A program made the position numbers and the translations under genes. Below the pieces are notes generated by a model, which worked only from the letters and a program-made list of their open reading frames with translations, made no database searches and was not told the DNA's origin. Positions 53,207-63,500 of a stretch of DNA of 64,000 nucleotides are shown here, piece by piece; positions within the stretch are counted from its first letter, which is position 1; the number at the start of each line of letters is the position of its first letter. Origin of the DNA: Bacteroidales bacterium (lineage in GTDB: Bacteria; Bacteroidota; Bacteroidia; Bacteroidales; UBA3663); contig JAILKE010000063.1 of assembly GCA_024694125.1 (NCBI GenBank), positions 6,564-70,563 on the forward strand, in the 5' to 3' direction.

Positions 53207-55321
53207 ATGTCTGTTATGAAACTGAAAAATATATTTTTCGCCGGATTGGCACTCGCATCATTCTCTGCCTGCGAAGACTACCTCGACGTCGAACTCTACT
53301 CGAAGTACGACAATGAGTTCGTCTATAGCAAGGAGAGTGAGATGGAACGTGCCCTGAACGGCGTCTATGCCGCAGCTATCGTCAATGACCTGTACGGCAA
53401 TGTCTATATGAAGAACTTCAATCTGAACAGCGACGTTGATATTGCTGTCAGTTCGAGCAACTCGCATGCCCACAACGGTTACTCCCGTTTCGACTGTGAT
53501 GACCAGGGTGGCGAGATCCTCAAGTTCTGGACGGCTGCCTATGCCATGATAGAGAGTGCCAACCGATTCGTCTCGGGTGTCGAGATGGGTCCGCTCTATG
53601 ATACATCGAACGGCACGATCATGCAGTGGATAGGCGAGGCCAAGTGCCTGCGCGCCATGGCATACCACGACCTGGTGGTGATGTTCGGCGATGTCCCATT
53701 CACCTTTGTCCCTGCCGAATTGCGCAGCGAGTACATCTTTGATGTCGTGGACCGTCAGACTATTCAGGATTCGCTCATTGCCGACCTGAAGGAGGCATCG
53801 CTCTATATGGCATCGACCAATTCGGTCACCGTGGAGCGTTGCTCCAAGGAGTTCGCCCAGGGCCTCATCGCCCGTATCGCTCTGACCGCCGGCGGATACT
53901 CTCTCCGTCCCGATGCCAGCAACAGCCGCAGCTATGGCAAGATGGAGCGTCCCGGCAACTACAAGGACTACTACGAGATTGCCCGCGCATACAGCGACTC
54001 GGTCATCTCGGGCAATACTCACTCGCTCAAGGCACTCTATCAGGATGTCTTCGTCAACGAGTGCAACTATCAGGTGGTCAACGACGATGATCCTATCTTC
54101 GAGATTCCTTTCGCCAAGAATTCGACCGGTAACTTCGGATATACGCAGGGCCCTGTCTATAAGTCTTACGAGGGTGAGACCGTCGGGCCATGGGGTGAGT
54201 GTGAAGGTAAGTCAAATCTCAATGCCTTCTACCGCTACTCATTCCGTGACAAGGATTTGCGTCGCGAGTTCGTCAACGGTATGTGGAACTACAATTACTT
54301 CACTCAGGCTGACGGTACTATGGCCGATTCGGTCTATATCCTCAATGACTACTATCTGCACAACAACAAGTGGTCTAAGCTGTGGACCGCTACCAGCTCT
54401 GCACTCGGTGCAACTACCACGGGTGCCACAGGTATCAACTACCCATACATGCGCTATGCTGATATCCTGTTGATGTATGCCGAGGCGGACAATGAGTTGA
54501 ACGACGGTCCTACAGCCAAGGCTGCTGACTGCCTCGCCAAGGTTCACAACCGCGCCTTCGAGACTGCCGAAGATGACTACATCACCTCGGTACAGACGGA
54601 CAAGGAGACCTTTCTGAAGGCTGTGCTCAACGAACGTAAGTGGGAGTTTGCCGGCGAGAACAGCCGCTGGCGTGACCTGGTGCGTACCAATACGTATGGC
54701 GAGGAACTGGTTTACAGCTTCCTGCGCTACTACTCTGTCGGTATGCAGAACGTCGGCAGCACCTCGGGCTATGAGGATGCCATCAATGCACACGACGGTC
54801 TGACCTACATCGACTGTCTGCCTGGCAAGATCTACTATCACACTTACCGTCCTACGGAGCCTTTTAATAAAACATCTTCTTTCCTATTAGCAGCTCGTCG
54901 AGCTCAATTTTATGGATGTTATATAAGTTCTACTACTAAGGACTTTGTAACAACTTACCCAAATACCACGCTTCAAAGTCTCCGTATTTATAATCCGTAT
55001 AAGGTTGCTGGTTCACAGCCGACCAAGGGTCTGATTACAGGTTGGGGGTTTGCCGCTACCGAGTGGTATTCGGCTCAGTTCTATCAGTGGGGCAACGAGA
55101 ATACGGGTCTGCCCAAGGACCAGTGTAAGTACTCGTTCTACGGTTATGTGCGTTGCGATGATGCGGGCAACCTCTGGCTCATCGACAATGGAGCATTGAA
55201 ACAATTGCCATCGACCATCCCAACCTCGGACCAACTTCCTGTAGTACGTTATATCCTGCCTTATCCTAACGACGTCATTCAGCGTTCGGGCGGCAGATAT
55301 AAGAATGCCTATGGATACTAA
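53207..55321 (+). CDS. SusD/RagB-family lipoprotein (pair 3)
   Basis: 704 aa. Lipobox LASFSACEDYLD. Motifs MRYADILLMYAEADNELN and LNERKWEFAGENSRWRDLVR. Confidence 0.9.
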   Translation: MSVMKLKNIFFAGLALASFSACEDYLDVELYSKYDNEFVYSKESEMERALNGVYAAAIVNDLYGNVYMKNFNLNSDVDIAVSSSNSHAHNGYSRFDCDDQGGEILKFWTAAYAMIESANRFVSGVEMGPLYDTSNGTIMQWIGEAKCLRAMAYHDLVVMFGDVPFTFVPAELRSEYIFDVVDRQTIQDSLIADLKEASLYMASTNSVTVERCSKEFAQGLIARIALTAGGYSLRPDASNSRSYGKMERPGNYKDYYEIARAYSDSVISGNTHSLKALYQDVFVNECNYQVVNDDDPIFEIPFAKNSTGNFGYTQGPVYKSYEGETVGPWGECEGKSNLNAFYRYSFRDKDLRREFVNGMWNYNYFTQADGTMADSVYILNDYYLHNNKWSKLWTATSSALGATTTGATGINYPYMRYADILLMYAEADNELNDGPTAKAADCLAKVHNRAFETAEDDYITSVQTDKETFLKAVLNERKWEFAGENSRWRDLVRTNTYGEELVYSFLRYYSVGMQNVGSTSGYEDAINAHDGLTYIDCLPGKIYYHTYRPTEPFNKTSSFLLAARRAQFYGCYISSTTKDFVTTYPNTTLQSLRIYNPYKVAGSQPTKGLITGWGFAATEWYSAQFYQWGNENTGLPKDQCKYSFYGYVRCDDAGNLWLIDNGALKQLPSTIPTSDQLPVVRYILPYPNDVIQRSGGRYKNAYGY

Positions 55322-55364
55322 TTGATAATTGATGACAGTCAATCACAAAATAGCAATTTTTAAT

Positions 55365-57791
55365 ATGAAAAAGATATTTGGTTTCATCTTACTCTCCCTC
55401 TCTATGGGACCGGCTCTGCTGACATCGTGCAAGGACGATGACAACGGGGGCGCTGCCGAGGGTACCGATCGCCAGTTCATGACTATGTTCATCACTGACA
55501 ATACGCGCGGTAAGGGAGAATCATATCCATATAACTGTGGACTCTCGGGTGCCTATCCTCATGGCAATACCATCCAGCTCTACTGGTACGGCGTGTATGA
55601 CTGCGCTGGTTACCAGATCCAGATGGCTATACAGAACAAGGTGGCCAATGGTGCTGACGCCTGGGCTGCCATTCAGGGTACGAGCGACCTGTTGCTCGAT
55701 ACCATTGTCGGTCCTAATGTGCTGAGCCTGTTGGTCAAGGACCTGCAGTACTCGACCGATTACCGTTTCGCCATCCGTTGTCTCTCTACTCAGGATGACA
55801 ACATCACCGACTTCTCGCATGCCTCCAACTGGTACGGCCATGGCAATGGTCGCCAGTGGCAGGAGTACATGGGTATCAAGACCTATGACCGCTACGAGAC
55901 TCCCTATGTTGTCTATGTCGATCAGTCGCAGACCACCGAGACGACCATGCACGTCTGCATCAACCCGAACATCAAGACCTTTGTGGCTGAGTTTACGGGA
56001 TATAATAGTGCAGTAGAATCTAATATTAATTCTTTGACTGAGATTACAGAAGAAGGCATAATAGAGGCTTTTACAAAGGAAGGTAAGGAATTACAGGATA
56101 TTGACAAGGATAAGTTGGACAGCTATTTCGAGAACTTCAACATTGCATCGAATGGTCAGTTCGGCTTCGAGTATCTGCAGGTCAAGCCATCGCCCAACAA
56201 TCCCGCTTCGACCGTGGGTGACAAGTGGTCGTACTACAAGATTACGGACGAGGACCGTACCAAGGGTTATATCGACATCGATGGCCTGACTGCCAACTCG
56301 GTCTATGTCATCGACGTCATTGATCCTAATGTCGAGGTGGCTATCGATGCTAAGTACAATACCTGCACGACCCGTTCGGATGGTACTCCTGGCGATCCTA
56401 TTCTGTTGGTACATGACGACCTCATGGCGCAGTATGGTGACAGCCGTGCCGATACCTTCGCTCTGGCTGCCGAGTATGATGCTGCTCCTATCAGCCCTGC
56501 TCTGTACGACTTCATTTCCAACACGAAGTATGCTGAGGGTCAGGCTTTCTACCTGGAGGGTGGCAAGACCTACTATATGGATGGCAACGACGTGACCTGT
56601 AAGGGCTTCGTCCTGGCTACTGACCCTGCGGACGTCAAGGAGGGCAAGCGTGCCAAGGTCATCTGCGGTATCGGCAAGAACTCGCTCTACAACCAGGCTA
56701 CCAATGGTGAACAGTGGAACGGCGGTCCTTACTCTATGTTCATCTTCGGCCGTCAGCCTGAAGCAGGCGAGGGCGGCGAGATCTACATGAAGAAGCTGGC
56801 ATTCTACGACATCGACTTCGACAATCCCAAGGCCTTCAACTACGGTGACACCCAGGCTAACCTGGGCGGTACATCGGGTAACTACTTCTTCAACATGTTC
56901 TCCAACGGTATGGCTGTGACATTGGACAGCCTCATCATCGAGAACTGTACCTTCAAGCGTCTGGTGCGTGGCTTCATACGTGAGCAGGGTCCTAACTACA
57001 AGGTATGGAACCATGTCGTGATTCGCAACAACCAGTTCTTCGACTGCGGTTACTACTCTAACGGCGCTGGTGGTTATCCTTGGATTGCCGGTGCAGGTAC
57101 CAACAATGGTACGAACCTCTTCAAGGACTTCCACTTCGAGGAGAATACCATCTTCGATTGTCCGTTCCCATCGCTCTTCTGCCAGGCTACTGACGGTATG
57201 CAGTGGACTGCCGGACCATGGAACATCTACTTTGAGAACAATACATTGGTCAACTTCAATACCCGTGCCGCCGGTTGTATCTTCAACATGCGTGCCCTGC
57301 CTGATGGCTCGGTATATAACGTGAACAACAACCTGATCGTGCTCTGCAAGCAGGACGGCGATGACCGTGTGCTGAACCAGTATGGTGGTGACATTCGCGA
57401 GACTCAGACCCTCTCGGATGGTAGTGCCGCCACGGTGACGCTCAACTTCAGCAACAACTGGTCAACCAACAACAACCTGACCAATGGTTCTATCTTCAGC
57501 GCCAATGCCTGGACATCGACCAGCAACGGCTTCGGTACGCTCATCAAGAACAATGTAGCTACCCTGAACGGCTCGCTCGAGGTCAATGTGGCAAGTGTTT
57601 CGGCTACGGAACTCTTCACCAACCCATTGCCTCCGCACAAGGCTAAGTCTGCAAGTGACCACAACATGCACCGTGCGGATGCGTTGGATGGTACTGCTAC
57701 GACCGAGTACAACGTCAATCTCTACTTCAAGAACTTTGACAACGAGATAGTAACCAACAATGTCGGCGCCGCTCGTTGGCGTAGTAAATAA
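55365..57791 (+). CDS. PUL-encoded surface lipoprotein, DUF5123/DUF4957-like (FN3 + beta-helix), pectin-PUL type
   Basis: ATG at 55365. Lipobox ALLTSCKDD. N-terminal RQFMTMFITDNTRGKG...YWYGVYDCAGYQIQMA...DLQYSTDYRFAIRCLS. Later beta-helix-like IENCTFKRLVRGF...VIRNNQFFDCGYY. Confidence 0.65.
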   Translation: MKKIFGFILLSLSMGPALLTSCKDDDNGGAAEGTDRQFMTMFITDNTRGKGESYPYNCGLSGAYPHGNTIQLYWYGVYDCAGYQIQMAIQNKVANGADAWAAIQGTSDLLLDTIVGPNVLSLLVKDLQYSTDYRFAIRCLSTQDDNITDFSHASNWYGHGNGRQWQEYMGIKTYDRYETPYVVYVDQSQTTETTMHVCINPNIKTFVAEFTGYNSAVESNINSLTEITEEGIIEAFTKEGKELQDIDKDKLDSYFENFNIASNGQFGFEYLQVKPSPNNPASTVGDKWSYYKITDEDRTKGYIDIDGLTANSVYVIDVIDPNVEVAIDAKYNTCTTRSDGTPGDPILLVHDDLMAQYGDSRADTFALAAEYDAAPISPALYDFISNTKYAEGQAFYLEGGKTYYMDGNDVTCKGFVLATDPADVKEGKRAKVICGIGKNSLYNQATNGEQWNGGPYSMFIFGRQPEAGEGGEIYMKKLAFYDIDFDNPKAFNYGDTQANLGGTSGNYFFNMFSNGMAVTLDSLIIENCTFKRLVRGFIREQGPNYKVWNHVVIRNNQFFDCGYYSNGAGGYPWIAGAGTNNGTNLFKDFHFEENTIFDCPFPSLFCQATDGMQWTAGPWNIYFENNTLVNFNTRAAGCIFNMRALPDGSVYNVNNNLIVLCKQDGDDRVLNQYGGDIRETQTLSDGSAATVTLNFSNNWSTNNNLTNGSIFSANAWTSTSNGFGTLIKNNVATLNGSLEVNVASVSATELFTNPLPPHKAKSASDHNMHRADALDGTATTEYNVNLYFKNFDNEIVTNNVGAARWRSK

Positions 57792-57809
57792 TTAAGTAAA
57801 TCTATAGAT

Positions 57810-58328
57810 ATGAAATACTGTAAGCTAATCATTGGATTGTTGTTCGCTTCGGCCACAATGTGGACTGCCTGCGACGACGCCTGCGAGTATCTCGATACCG
57901 ATACCTCCAACCCCTCATGGGTACAGGGCTATGAGGAGGGCGACGAAGTGTCTCACCCAGAGAGCATGGCCAATACTGTATGGACCCGTGGTTCGGGCCT
58001 GAAGTATAATGCCTACGGCGAGGAGGTGCAGGGCTTCGTGGAGAGCATGAACTTCTTCTGCGCTGATTCGGTCATCGTTGTCATGAGCGAAGGCTGTACC
58101 TCGGGAACATGGACTGATGAGTCTAATACAGAGAAGGTTCCCTGCTACGAATACACCTACTCTGTTGCTACGGGTACAGTACAGGTGCTCAAAAGCTCGA
58201 AGGACGATAGTGGCAAGGTCTCTAAGTCGGTCATCTTCACCGGTGTCGCCACTCAGGGCAAGAAGGAGGTGCTCACCGTATGTCACTTCGGCGATACGCC
58301 CGTACAGTCTTATCTCGTTAAGCAATAA
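57810..58328 (+). CDS. Small hypothetical lipoprotein
   Basis: 172 aa. Lipobox ATMWTACDD. No recognised family. Followed by a 12-bp-stem hairpin. Confidence 0.6.
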   Translation: MKYCKLIIGLLFASATMWTACDDACEYLDTDTSNPSWVQGYEEGDEVSHPESMANTVWTRGSGLKYNAYGEEVQGFVESMNFFCADSVIVVMSEGCTSGTWTDESNTEKVPCYEYTYSVATGTVQVLKSSKDDSGKVSKSVIFTGVATQGKKEVLTVCHFGDTPVQSYLVKQ

Positions 58329-58342
58329 ACCATTTTTTTAAT

Positions 58343-58372
58343 TGGACAGGTACAGCTTCGCCTGTACCTGTC
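58343..58372 (+). terminator. Hairpin between the small lipoprotein gene and the next secreted-protein gene
   Basis: GGACAGGTACAG-cttcgc-CTGTACCTGTCC forms a 12-bp perfect stem. A T-rich run follows ~10 nt later. Confidence 0.55.
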
Positions 58373-58402
58373 CGCAATACTAATTTTTTAATCTATAATA
58401 TT

Positions 58403-60241
58403 ATGAAAAAAGTCTTTACTCTTTTGTGCGGACTCTTCGGACTTTTGGCTCCGATGAATGCTGCTTCGGTAGATGACGTGGTAGAAAGCAAACATAGTTT
58501 CATCTTTGTTTGCGATAAAGTGACGAACAATGGTACGGTTCAACCAGAAGTAAATACCCTGGTAGCCAACAATCGTATCTTGTTGTATGGTACTGATTCT
58601 TATAAATCTATAAATTCAGGAAAAGGTAGTGTGGACTTGTCAGTTGTCGATTCGACAATCGTTACTCCAGAAATAGCTGCAAAGTATGGTAAATATGGCT
58701 CTCATTTGAATTCTCTTCGTCTTAAAAATGAGCAGGATATGATGGTCATTAGGCTCACTGCTCAGTCCAAGTTGATTATTTTCTTCACTGGACAGGGTAA
58801 GGAGAAGACAAAAGCGCGTTATCCTAAAATTATTTCAAAAAAAGCTATGGAAGATGCTTTGGCTGCTAACAATAATAGTTTGAAGAATGCTGTATCCAAA
58901 GCAGAAACATTGAATGAAGGCCCAACAGCAGAAACTGGAAAGATTGGCATTGCTCGTTTCGAATTCGTAGCTCCTGATGATGATATTTATTATATTTCTT
59001 CTTTTAATGGTGATATCTATTGTAGCTATATCATTGTTGAGGCAAATGAGGTACCAGGTACACCAGCTGTTGAGGTAGGCGAACAGACTTATGAGAATGG
59101 CCTTTGGTATTGCGAGGTTTCTTGTACTCCTCAGTCTATTACAGAGGGAGGTGAGACTTTGCCTACTGTGGTTACATATACAACAGATGGAACTGAACCA
59201 GGTATTTCATCTCCAGTGTATAGCGCTCCAATTAAGTGCTACAAAGAGCAGACTATAAAGTTCCAAGCTTTCTATGACTTGGATGGAGAACTCACTGAGG
59301 ATGCTAAAATCCTTAATGCAGATAATGAAGCTAATGTTTCCTTCTCCTTTGATGCTCCAGCTATTACTTCTGATGGCGGTACCTTCACTGTAACCTCTCC
59401 ATACGAGGGTGCCAAGAACTTCTACTCTGTCAATGGCGCTGACGCTGTCGAGGGTAATGGTACTACTCTGACCGAGTCTGCTACTGTAACTGCTTACTCG
59501 CAGATTACCAATGGCGAGTATGCTACCTTCACAACGGCATCTACTTCAACTGATGTTTATGTGCTCACAGCTATTACTTCGGATCAGACTATCTCAGTAA
59601 GCGGTACTGCTATTGTTGATGCTGAGGCAACTGCTGCTTCTACCGACGGAACTGTTTATACCAGCGAGGATGCTGCTGTTTCGGCTGACAAGGCTTACTT
59701 CTTCGTGAAGAATCCAACCTTCGGCTATATTGCCACTGCAGATGCCGATAACTCTAAGTATCAGGCTCCTGCTGGTCAGGAGGTTTATCTCCAGATGAGC
59801 AACACCAACATCACCTTCTATGTCGCTGACGGAGATTCTATCGACATCACTGTTACTTGCTCTAAGAACTCTTGCAAGGATCTCACCAAGGAGCAGAATA
59901 AGGATGTAAATGGTAACGATTCTATTACTGCTGAGCATCAGTGCTATGTCAACCTCGATGGCACTAACTATGGTGGCGAGGATCTGGTTCTCAACCCAGA
60001 TGGCAATGTCATTAAGTTCTCTGTCGTAGGTGGTGGCTATCACACCTTCCAGAAGTACTCTGGCACTGGCAACATCAAGATCTCTTCTATCGAGTTCAAG
60101 TATGCTGGCAAGTCTGGTATCAACGATCTCAAGTCTGAGGCCAAGAAGTCTGCAGCTGCTCGCAAGGTTATGATCAACGGTCGTCTCTACATCGAGACTG
60201 CCAAGGGTACCTTCAATGCTGCTGGTCTCCGCGTTAAGTAA
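58403..60241 (+). CDS. Secreted protein of unknown function with chitobiase/FN3-associated-like module and a C-terminal sorting-like tail
   Basis: 612 aa. Signal ending APMNAAS. VVTYTTDGTEPGISSPVYSAPIKCYKEQTIKFQAF resembles CHB_HEX_C-type modules. Tail RKVMINGRLYIETAKGTFNAAGLRVK. Confidence 0.55.
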   Translation: MKKVFTLLCGLFGLLAPMNAASVDDVVESKHSFIFVCDKVTNNGTVQPEVNTLVANNRILLYGTDSYKSINSGKGSVDLSVVDSTIVTPEIAAKYGKYGSHLNSLRLKNEQDMMVIRLTAQSKLIIFFTGQGKEKTKARYPKIISKKAMEDALAANNNSLKNAVSKAETLNEGPTAETGKIGIARFEFVAPDDDIYYISSFNGDIYCSYIIVEANEVPGTPAVEVGEQTYENGLWYCEVSCTPQSITEGGETLPTVVTYTTDGTEPGISSPVYSAPIKCYKEQTIKFQAFYDLDGELTEDAKILNADNEANVSFSFDAPAITSDGGTFTVTSPYEGAKNFYSVNGADAVEGNGTTLTESATVTAYSQITNGEYATFTTASTSTDVYVLTAITSDQTISVSGTAIVDAEATAASTDGTVYTSEDAAVSADKAYFFVKNPTFGYIATADADNSKYQAPAGQEVYLQMSNTNITFYVADGDSIDITVTCSKNSCKDLTKEQNKDVNGNDSITAEHQCYVNLDGTNYGGEDLVLNPDGNVIKFSVVGGGYHTFQKYSGTGNIKISSIEFKYAGKSGINDLKSEAKKSAAARKVMINGRLYIETAKGTFNAAGLRVK

Positions 60242-60259
60242 ATCTACTGACTATCTATA

Positions 60260-60299
60260 AACAATAAAGCCACAGGCCGTCGCCTGTGGCTTTATTGTT
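60260..60299 (+). terminator. Intrinsic terminator after the 612-aa secreted-protein gene
   Basis: AACAATAAAGCCACAGGC-cgtc-GCCTGTGGCTTTATTGTT forms an 18-bp perfect stem ending in a T-rich run. Confidence 0.8.
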
Positions 60300-60415
60300 T
60301 TCTATAGTTTCTATAGTTTCAATAGCATCTATAGTTTCAATAGCATCTATAGCTTCTATAGTTTCAATAGCATCTATAGCTTCTATAGTTTTTATAGCAT
60401 CTATAGCATCTATTA
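60299..60415. repeat. 9-nt CTATAG-word array (13 units) directly after a terminator
   Basis: TTTCTATAG TTTCTATAG TTTCAATAG CATCTATAG TTTCAATAG CATCTATAG CTTCTATAG ... Confidence 0.9.
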
Positions 60416-60477
60416 ATTCTCTTTTCGTCCAGTATATTGTATTTTTTATTCTCCCTCCCTCTTAGGGAGGGTTGGGG

Positions 60478-60509
60478 AGAGTCCTTCATTTTGGTAGAGT
60501 CCTTCATTT
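60478..60509. repeat. 14-nt word repeated at an 18-nt period, overlapping the HTCS-like gene stop
   Basis: AGAGTCCTTCATTT at 60478-60491 and 60496-60509. The minus strand reads TAA-ATGAAGGACTCT-ACCAAA-ATGAAGGACTCT. Confidence 0.85.
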
Positions 60510-63500
60510 ACTCCAGCAGTTTCAGCAGTTCGGGGTTGTCTCTGTCCTCCGTATAAGTATTGACGAACTCCTTTGGAGTCATCTTGAAGTAAGCCGTGAA
60601 GTTGGCCGAGAAGTAGGCGGGACTGTTGAAGCCCACGGAGTATGCCACTTCGGCGATAGAGACATTGCTCTGGATGAGCAGGAAGGCGCCCTGCTTGAGT
60701 CGGGTGTTCTTGATGAGCGTAGATGGAGTGGTATCGATCAACTCCTTCAGTTTGCGGTTGAGGTGGATGCGGCTGATGCCTACCTGTTGTGCCAGGTCCT
60801 CGACATTGAAGTCTGCATCGGAGATATTCTTGTTGATGCACTCGGCTACACGGTTGAGCAGTTTCTCGTCTGCCGAGGTAAGCGGTTTCTCGTCGATGTT
60901 GAGGTTCAGTTGGGAGCGACGTTCGCGCATACGCTGTTTTTCGTAGAGTTCCTCGCTGAGCATCTCGATCAGTTCCTTGCCGTCGGGAGTCTCCTTGCTG
61001 CCGTCCTCGCGTATGGCACGCGCCTCCAGTTCCAGTTGCTCCTGTTCCGACTGAGGGGCACGTTTGATGGCTTTCTTCTCCTCGGCCGTGAAGTGGCTGT
61101 CGCCCATCAGGAGGGTGACGCTGAAGGTGACACCTTCATTGGTGTTGCTGGCAGTGAGGTGACCGTGGTGCAGTTCGGTCAGGTCATTGGCCAAACTCAA
61201 TCCGAGCGACTCGCTTCCGTCACGGCCAAAGCGGGCAAAGAGCATCTCGCTGTCGTCGCTGTCCAGACGGGAACCACTGTTGTAGATATCGATGCGCACC
61301 TGCCGTTGCTGGTGGTCGGGGAAGACTTTGATCAGGACCTGTCCCGTGTCGTTGACGTACTTGAAGGCATTGGATAGGAGGTTGAAGAAGACCTTGTCCA
61401 ACTGGTCCGGGTCGAAGCATAGTGTCACCTCCGGTTCGTCGTCGGGCAGGAGCAGTCGGAAGTCTATCTTGCGGCTCAATGCATTGTTGCTGAAGAAGAG
61501 CATGATGTCGCTCAGGAAACTGCGCAGTTGGACCTCGCGTACGTGCAGGTGCATCTGTCCATTGTCTATCTTGCGTATGTCCATCTGCTGCGTGATGAGC
61601 ATCAGTATGCGCAGCGAACTGCGGTACATCATTTCATAGACTGACTGGGTAGCATTGTCGTTGTTGCGCTGTATGAGGCGGCGCAGCGGCGAGATGATCA
61701 GTGTGAGTGGGGTCTTGATCTCGTGGCTGACCAGTGTGAACATGCGGAGCTTGGCCTCCTTGATCTGTCGGTTGTGTTCTGCTCGACGGATGAGCCTGCG
61801 CTGGTGTGCGCGTGCCCTCAGGAAATTGATTATAGCCACGACGATGATCAGTGTGAGTGCGGTGTATATCAGTATCGCCCACCAGGAGGCATACCACGGA
61901 GCATCGATGTGTATCTCTATCTGGTTGGACTGGGTCTGGGCCGAGCCATTGCCCTGTATCATCGTAGCCTTGACGTGCAGGGTATAGTTGCCCCAGGGCA
62001 GGGTAGAGTAAACGGCGGTGTTCTCCTGGCCCAGCACTTCGTGCCAGTCCTTGTCATATCCCTCCAGGTAGTAGCTGTAGCGTATGCCCAATGGATTGGA
62101 GAACTCGCGCACGGCAAAGGAGAGCGAGACATTGTTGGACGTGGCTGGCAGATGGATGCGCGAGGCTTTCCACAGCGATTGGTCCAGGATATTCTCGTCT
62201 GCAGGCAGGTTCGGGTCATAGTCGGTCGTCTTATTGTTGACCCACAGCCGAGTGAACTGTATGGGGGGCAATGGACGTTGGTAGGCGGACACGGCATCAG
62301 CGCTGAACTCCAGTGCTCCGTTGTCGCCGCCGAAGGAGAGCGTGCCATCGGGCCACATGGTGGCAGAACGGTAACTGAACGTGCCGACCGAGGCTATCTC
62401 TGTGTCGTTGTAGTGGATCAATACCCGCTTGCCTGGGTCGTAGCAGTGCAGTCCCTGATTGGAGGTGAACCATATCTTGCCGTCGGAGCTGCGCAGCAGG
62501 GCGGCGTAGTCATCCTTGAGCGGCACTCCATCGACGCACACCTGTCGCAGGCTGTCCATGCCGGGGATGTAGTTGAGCAGTCCCTGATTGGAGGCTATCC
62601 AGATGCAGCCATTGGGGTCCTCCTGGTAGGCGTATGCCCTGATGGCCTGGCGGAACTTGGGTACGATGCGGGTGCCGTTCTCCATGTCGAAGCAGACCAT
62701 GGATCCCTCGGTGCTTGCCCACAACCTGTGCCGCTTGTCCAGCGCCAACGAGACGATCCACAGCAGATGATACTCGCCCGACAGGCGGGTTAGCTGGTGT
62801 GTCTGTGTCTGGTACGAATAGATGCCGTCGCCGTTGGTACCTATGTAGAGGTTGTAGGTTAGGCTGTCATAGACCATGGTCATGATGCTCTGTTTGTCCA
62901 ACAACTGCAGGTGTGGGTCGCGGCGCAGGCTCTTGCCGTCGAATATATATATGCCGTAGTTGAATGTGCCGACATAGGCGGTATTGTATTGGGTCGATGC
63001 CAATGAGAGCACTGCATTGGTGATGAGCGGGCTGTTGTGGGCATCGAGGTGCAGGGTTTTGCCTGACGGATATTCGCACATCAGTCCTGCGCCATCCAGT
63101 CCATAGAGGCGGCTGCCGTCGCTCAGTGCTGCAAATGACGATACACTGCCCAGGTTGTGCTGGTTGCCGTTGGTGCGTATGGGGTGGCAGCTGAACAGTT
63201 GCTTCTGGCTCGGGATGAGCAGCAGGCCCTGTTGGTAGATGCCCAACCAGAGGTTCTGCTGGTCATCGTAGGCAATGCTGTGAACCTTGACGCGGTCCAG
63301 GTCAACGGGGCAATCATCGACGGTGATGTGCTCCAGTGTCTTGCCTTGACGCAGGCGCCACAGACCCTGGTTCTCGGTACCGAGCAGCAGGTCTCCTTCG
63401 GGGCTGAGGCAGAGTGCCTTCATGTTGAGGTTCTTGAGTTCGGGTATGTCCGTCTGGCGTATGCGCAGGGTCGATAGGTCGCACTCGAGCAGACCGTCAC

